Shown: positions 60,789-64,000 of the stretch, one piece after another
Position numbering within the stretch: position 1 is the first letter of the stretch
Layout of the letters: every line of letters begins with the position of its first letter
Origin: Podarcis cretensis
Lineage: Eukaryota
Direction: 5' to 3'
Assembly: GCA_951804945.1 (NCBI GenBank)
Contig: OX638155.1
Coordinates: forward strand, 72,850,001-72,914,000
Length of the DNA stretch: 64,000 bases
Notes under the pieces: generated by a model
What the model was told of the DNA's origin: nothing
The model's database searches: none
Seen by the model: only the letters and a program-made list of their open reading frames with translations
Translations under genes and position numbers: made by a program

Positions 60789-62450
60789 TACAAGAAACAG
60801 CTACAGTTCAGAACTGCGCATCCGAACCCGTTGAGTCAGATTTGGGGAGTGGCTTCCTATGATTCCTGTGCCAACAAAGAGCTTCCTTCCCAAGCCTCTG
60901 GGTGGTTGCAGGGCTCTTCAGCATCCCTGAGCCCTTGCTCTCCCTGGCTACTCTCTGCTCTCTCTTCTGCTTCCTCTGTCTCTGGGTGGTTGTGGGACTC
61001 TTCAGCATTCCCGAGCCCCTGTTCTGCCTCTTCTGTCCATTGCTCCTCCAAATCCTCCCTGACCATCCATGAACCCTTGAAGTTGCTCCACCACAACCCT
61101 GTCCACCACTTCCACCTATGGAACCAGGCAGTATTGGTAACTGGCAAGAAGTTATTGCAGACCATTGGAGCATGTTTATTATTTGCCTCAGAAATGCATT
61201 GTGTGTGTTTTTAAATGACAATATCTGCTTTGCAAACAGAAAAAGGCACGTTACAGTTGTGTGATGAATAGCAACAGATTCTCTGCTATCAGTTCTGGAA
61301 GGGAAGGAAAACAAGAGTGAGCAATCAAGGTCAGTAAGAAGCATTGGCAAAGAATCGCTGTAGGTTTATAGTGCCATTATCACCTCTACTTATGTCAAAG
61401 AATAAGCAGGGCTGTGGAAGAGCCAACTGAAAAAGTAGGAATGAGGGATTTGAGGTTTACAGGGTAATTTATATTCCTAATGCATCTTCCCATAGAAAAG
61501 ATAATCCAATTTAAAACCTGATTTATCTATAATGGATCACATTATATTTTGCTTACATTCTGAAAGTTTAGTATGAGTGCCTGGATTATGCAGTGCTCCG
61601 AGCCAAAGTTCATTTTAATGCAAACCTAAAAAAACAAAACAAACTGTTTTATATAGTTTTTGGATGACTATCCTGTTTGTATCCAGTTGTGTTTGGTTTC
61701 AGTAAAATGGGCATGAAAGCAAAGTAGTGACGGTTAATAACACTTAACAGATATTAAAAAGAAGAGTGCAAGTAGCTGAGACTACCAGACAAAAAAAAGT
61801 GTATAATTGGAGAACTTCCGAAGGTGCTCTGAAAATATAGACAATCCTTCCTTGCACAAGGTTTTCAGCCACGTACTAGGTTCCAGCTGCAGGGAGTGGG
61901 AGAGCAGTCAGATGAATCTAGGAACCACAGTAAGCCACCAGAATGCTTGTGGGTTCAACATAAGAATTTGGTGGCCACCATGAGACCAGGATGTTGGACT
62001 AGATGGGCCACTGGCTTGATTCAGCAGAGTTAGGGAGGATAACATGAGAAGACCCTTTGGGAAGAAGTTTGAGAGACAGAAATGAGATAAAGACTTCTTT
62101 GTCAATGTCTGTGAACATGGCTGTCAACATCATTTGGCTCTGGAGAAATGCTGGATCACATTGTCACCATCACATTAGGAAAGGCTGTGGCTCAGTTGTA
62201 CAGCACATGTCTGGCATGCAGGAGGTTCTAGGTTCAGTCCTAGGTGTCCGCAGGTAAATCTGGGAGAGGCTCTTGCCTAGAACCCTGTCAGTCAGTTTAG
62301 ACAATACTAAGCTAGATGGACCAAGTTTCTGACTCCATGGAAGGCAGCTTCCTACTAACTGATTGTGGTAGAAATTATATTTGTTGCCTCTAACTAAGTT
62401 GTCAGTAGTGACTCCATAACTCAACGGAACAAATTTCTGAATATTTTCTA

Positions 62451-63398
62451 TTTTTTTTTATTATATATATATATTTATTAAGATTTTTAAATGCAAATAC
62501 AGAAATAATAAACAGTATAACATATATCATAACATAGTTTCATAACTTCTTTGGACTCCCTCGCGTCTCCCGCTCCCACTTACATCATTGTAAATTTTGC
62601 CAGCAATTTATCATCTTGTTTAGATTCTTGTATCCCATTCATTTGAATATAATCTAATAATTCTCCAAAAGGTTTATATTTTCCTCAATCTCACTTATCG
62701 TCCTAATTCCGCCTAATTTGGTGGTGCTCAATTATTTATGATCTAGCATCCTCCTTAACATTCAACCAAATTACAGTATTTTTGTAAATAAATCTTAAAT
62801 TTCTTCCAATCTTCTTCAGCTCTCTCCTCTCCCAGGTCTCGGATTCTGCCGGTCATCTCAGCCAATTCCATATAGTCTATCAGTTGCATCTGCCATTCTT
62901 CCAGTGTGGGTAGATCTTGGGTTTTCCAATGCTTAGCGATGAGTATCCTTGCTGCCGTTGTTGCATACAGGAAAAAAGTTCTGTCCTTCTTTATCACCCT
63001 CTGGCCGACAATACCCAGGAGGAAGGCCTCTTGTTCCTTGGGGAAAGTATACTTAAATACCTTTTTCAACTCATTATATATCATTTCCCAGAAGGCCTTC
63101 ACTCTAGGGCACGTCCACCAGAGGTGAAAGAATGTTCCTTCATTTCCTTTACATTTCCAGCATTTGTTATCAGACAAATGGTATATTTTGGCAAGTTTAA
63201 CTGGGGTCATGTACCATCTATATATCATTTTCATTACATTTTCCTTCAAAGCATTACATGCAGTGAAGTTCAACCCAGTGGTCCACAACCTTTCCCAGTC
63301 CTCAAACATAATGTTATACCCAATATCCTGTGCCCACTTTATCATAGCCGATTTAACCATTTCATCTTGTGTGTTCCATTTTAACAGCAAGTTATACA
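62451..63398 (-). mobile_element. L1-clade LINE, 5'-truncated, young
   Basis: Open 214-aa ORF2 C-terminus with CWKC...H...C knuckle, A-rich tail, 16-bp TSD ttctgaatattttcta (62435-62450 / 63399-63414). Confidence 0.92.
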
Positions 63399-64000
63399 TT
63401 CTGAATATTTTCTAAAAGGCACTCTTTCATTTCTTGTGGGGTGATTCTCAACTTTCTCCTTTACCCTCAATGTTATTAATTAAATCTACTGTATGTCAAG
63501 GGCAGCTATTTAATTCAAGCCTTGACTAGTCCATGAGAGCCAGCACTGTTGGCAACCTGTCAACACCAGCCCTCAGAGTGAATTCTTTTGACAGGTTTGC
63601 CCCTTAGATCTGGCTGTTTCCCCATGTGCAAGATGGCAACTCTTTTGCAGTGCTTGTAGTTGAAAGCATGAATGTACTTTAATTGTTTTTCTAATGCCTT
63701 CTATTCATGGAGTTATTGCTTTCCTTGTGAAATGTCTTGAGGACCACTTGAAAGGTGGCTAGCGAGAGCAAGAGAAAGGTCACAGATATCAAAGAGGTGG
63801 CTGTTTTCAGAAAATCAATACTTTCAACCTGTTATTCCACATTGTAGTCTTGGGTGGCAGCCATAAGCCAGTTAAACTCCCAGTATTTGGATGACATCTG
63901 ATTGCCCTTCAATGGGAACCAACTGAATTAAATCCCACTACTTATTTGACAGCGTTGTCCCTAAACCCTATCATAATTTATATGTAGTGCACATTTTAAC

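Overview
Vertebrate nuclear DNA from a squamate reptile, probably a lacertid lizard, judged from Sauria SINEs, BovB, and lizard-type CR1, L2, L1 and MITE families. One protein-coding gene dominates: a complete 31-exon nardilysin (NRDC/NRD1, M16 inverzincin) gene on the minus strand, from ATG 58880 to TAA 18297. I traced every exon by hand with GT-AG boundaries; the joined CDS is 3375 nt (1124 aa), with no frameshift, an intact HFLEH motif and the third Zn ligand Glu. Several signs suggest a second 'nardilysin-like' paralog rather than the canonical ortholog: marked divergence from mammalian NRDC as I recall it, an eroded acidic domain with a basic insert, an N-terminal leader that seems to survive only out of frame, no CpG-island first exon, and no OSBPL9 neighbour downstream. 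The rest of the window is transposon-rich. Notable items are a perfect 180-bp Penelope-type palindrome with a minimal hammerhead-ribozyme core in intron 26, a LINE fragment that preserves an ORF1-stop-ORF2 junction, solo LTRs, a DIRS recombinase relic, and nested or chimeric insertions. Comparisons with human NRDC and repeat families are from memory, not from searches.
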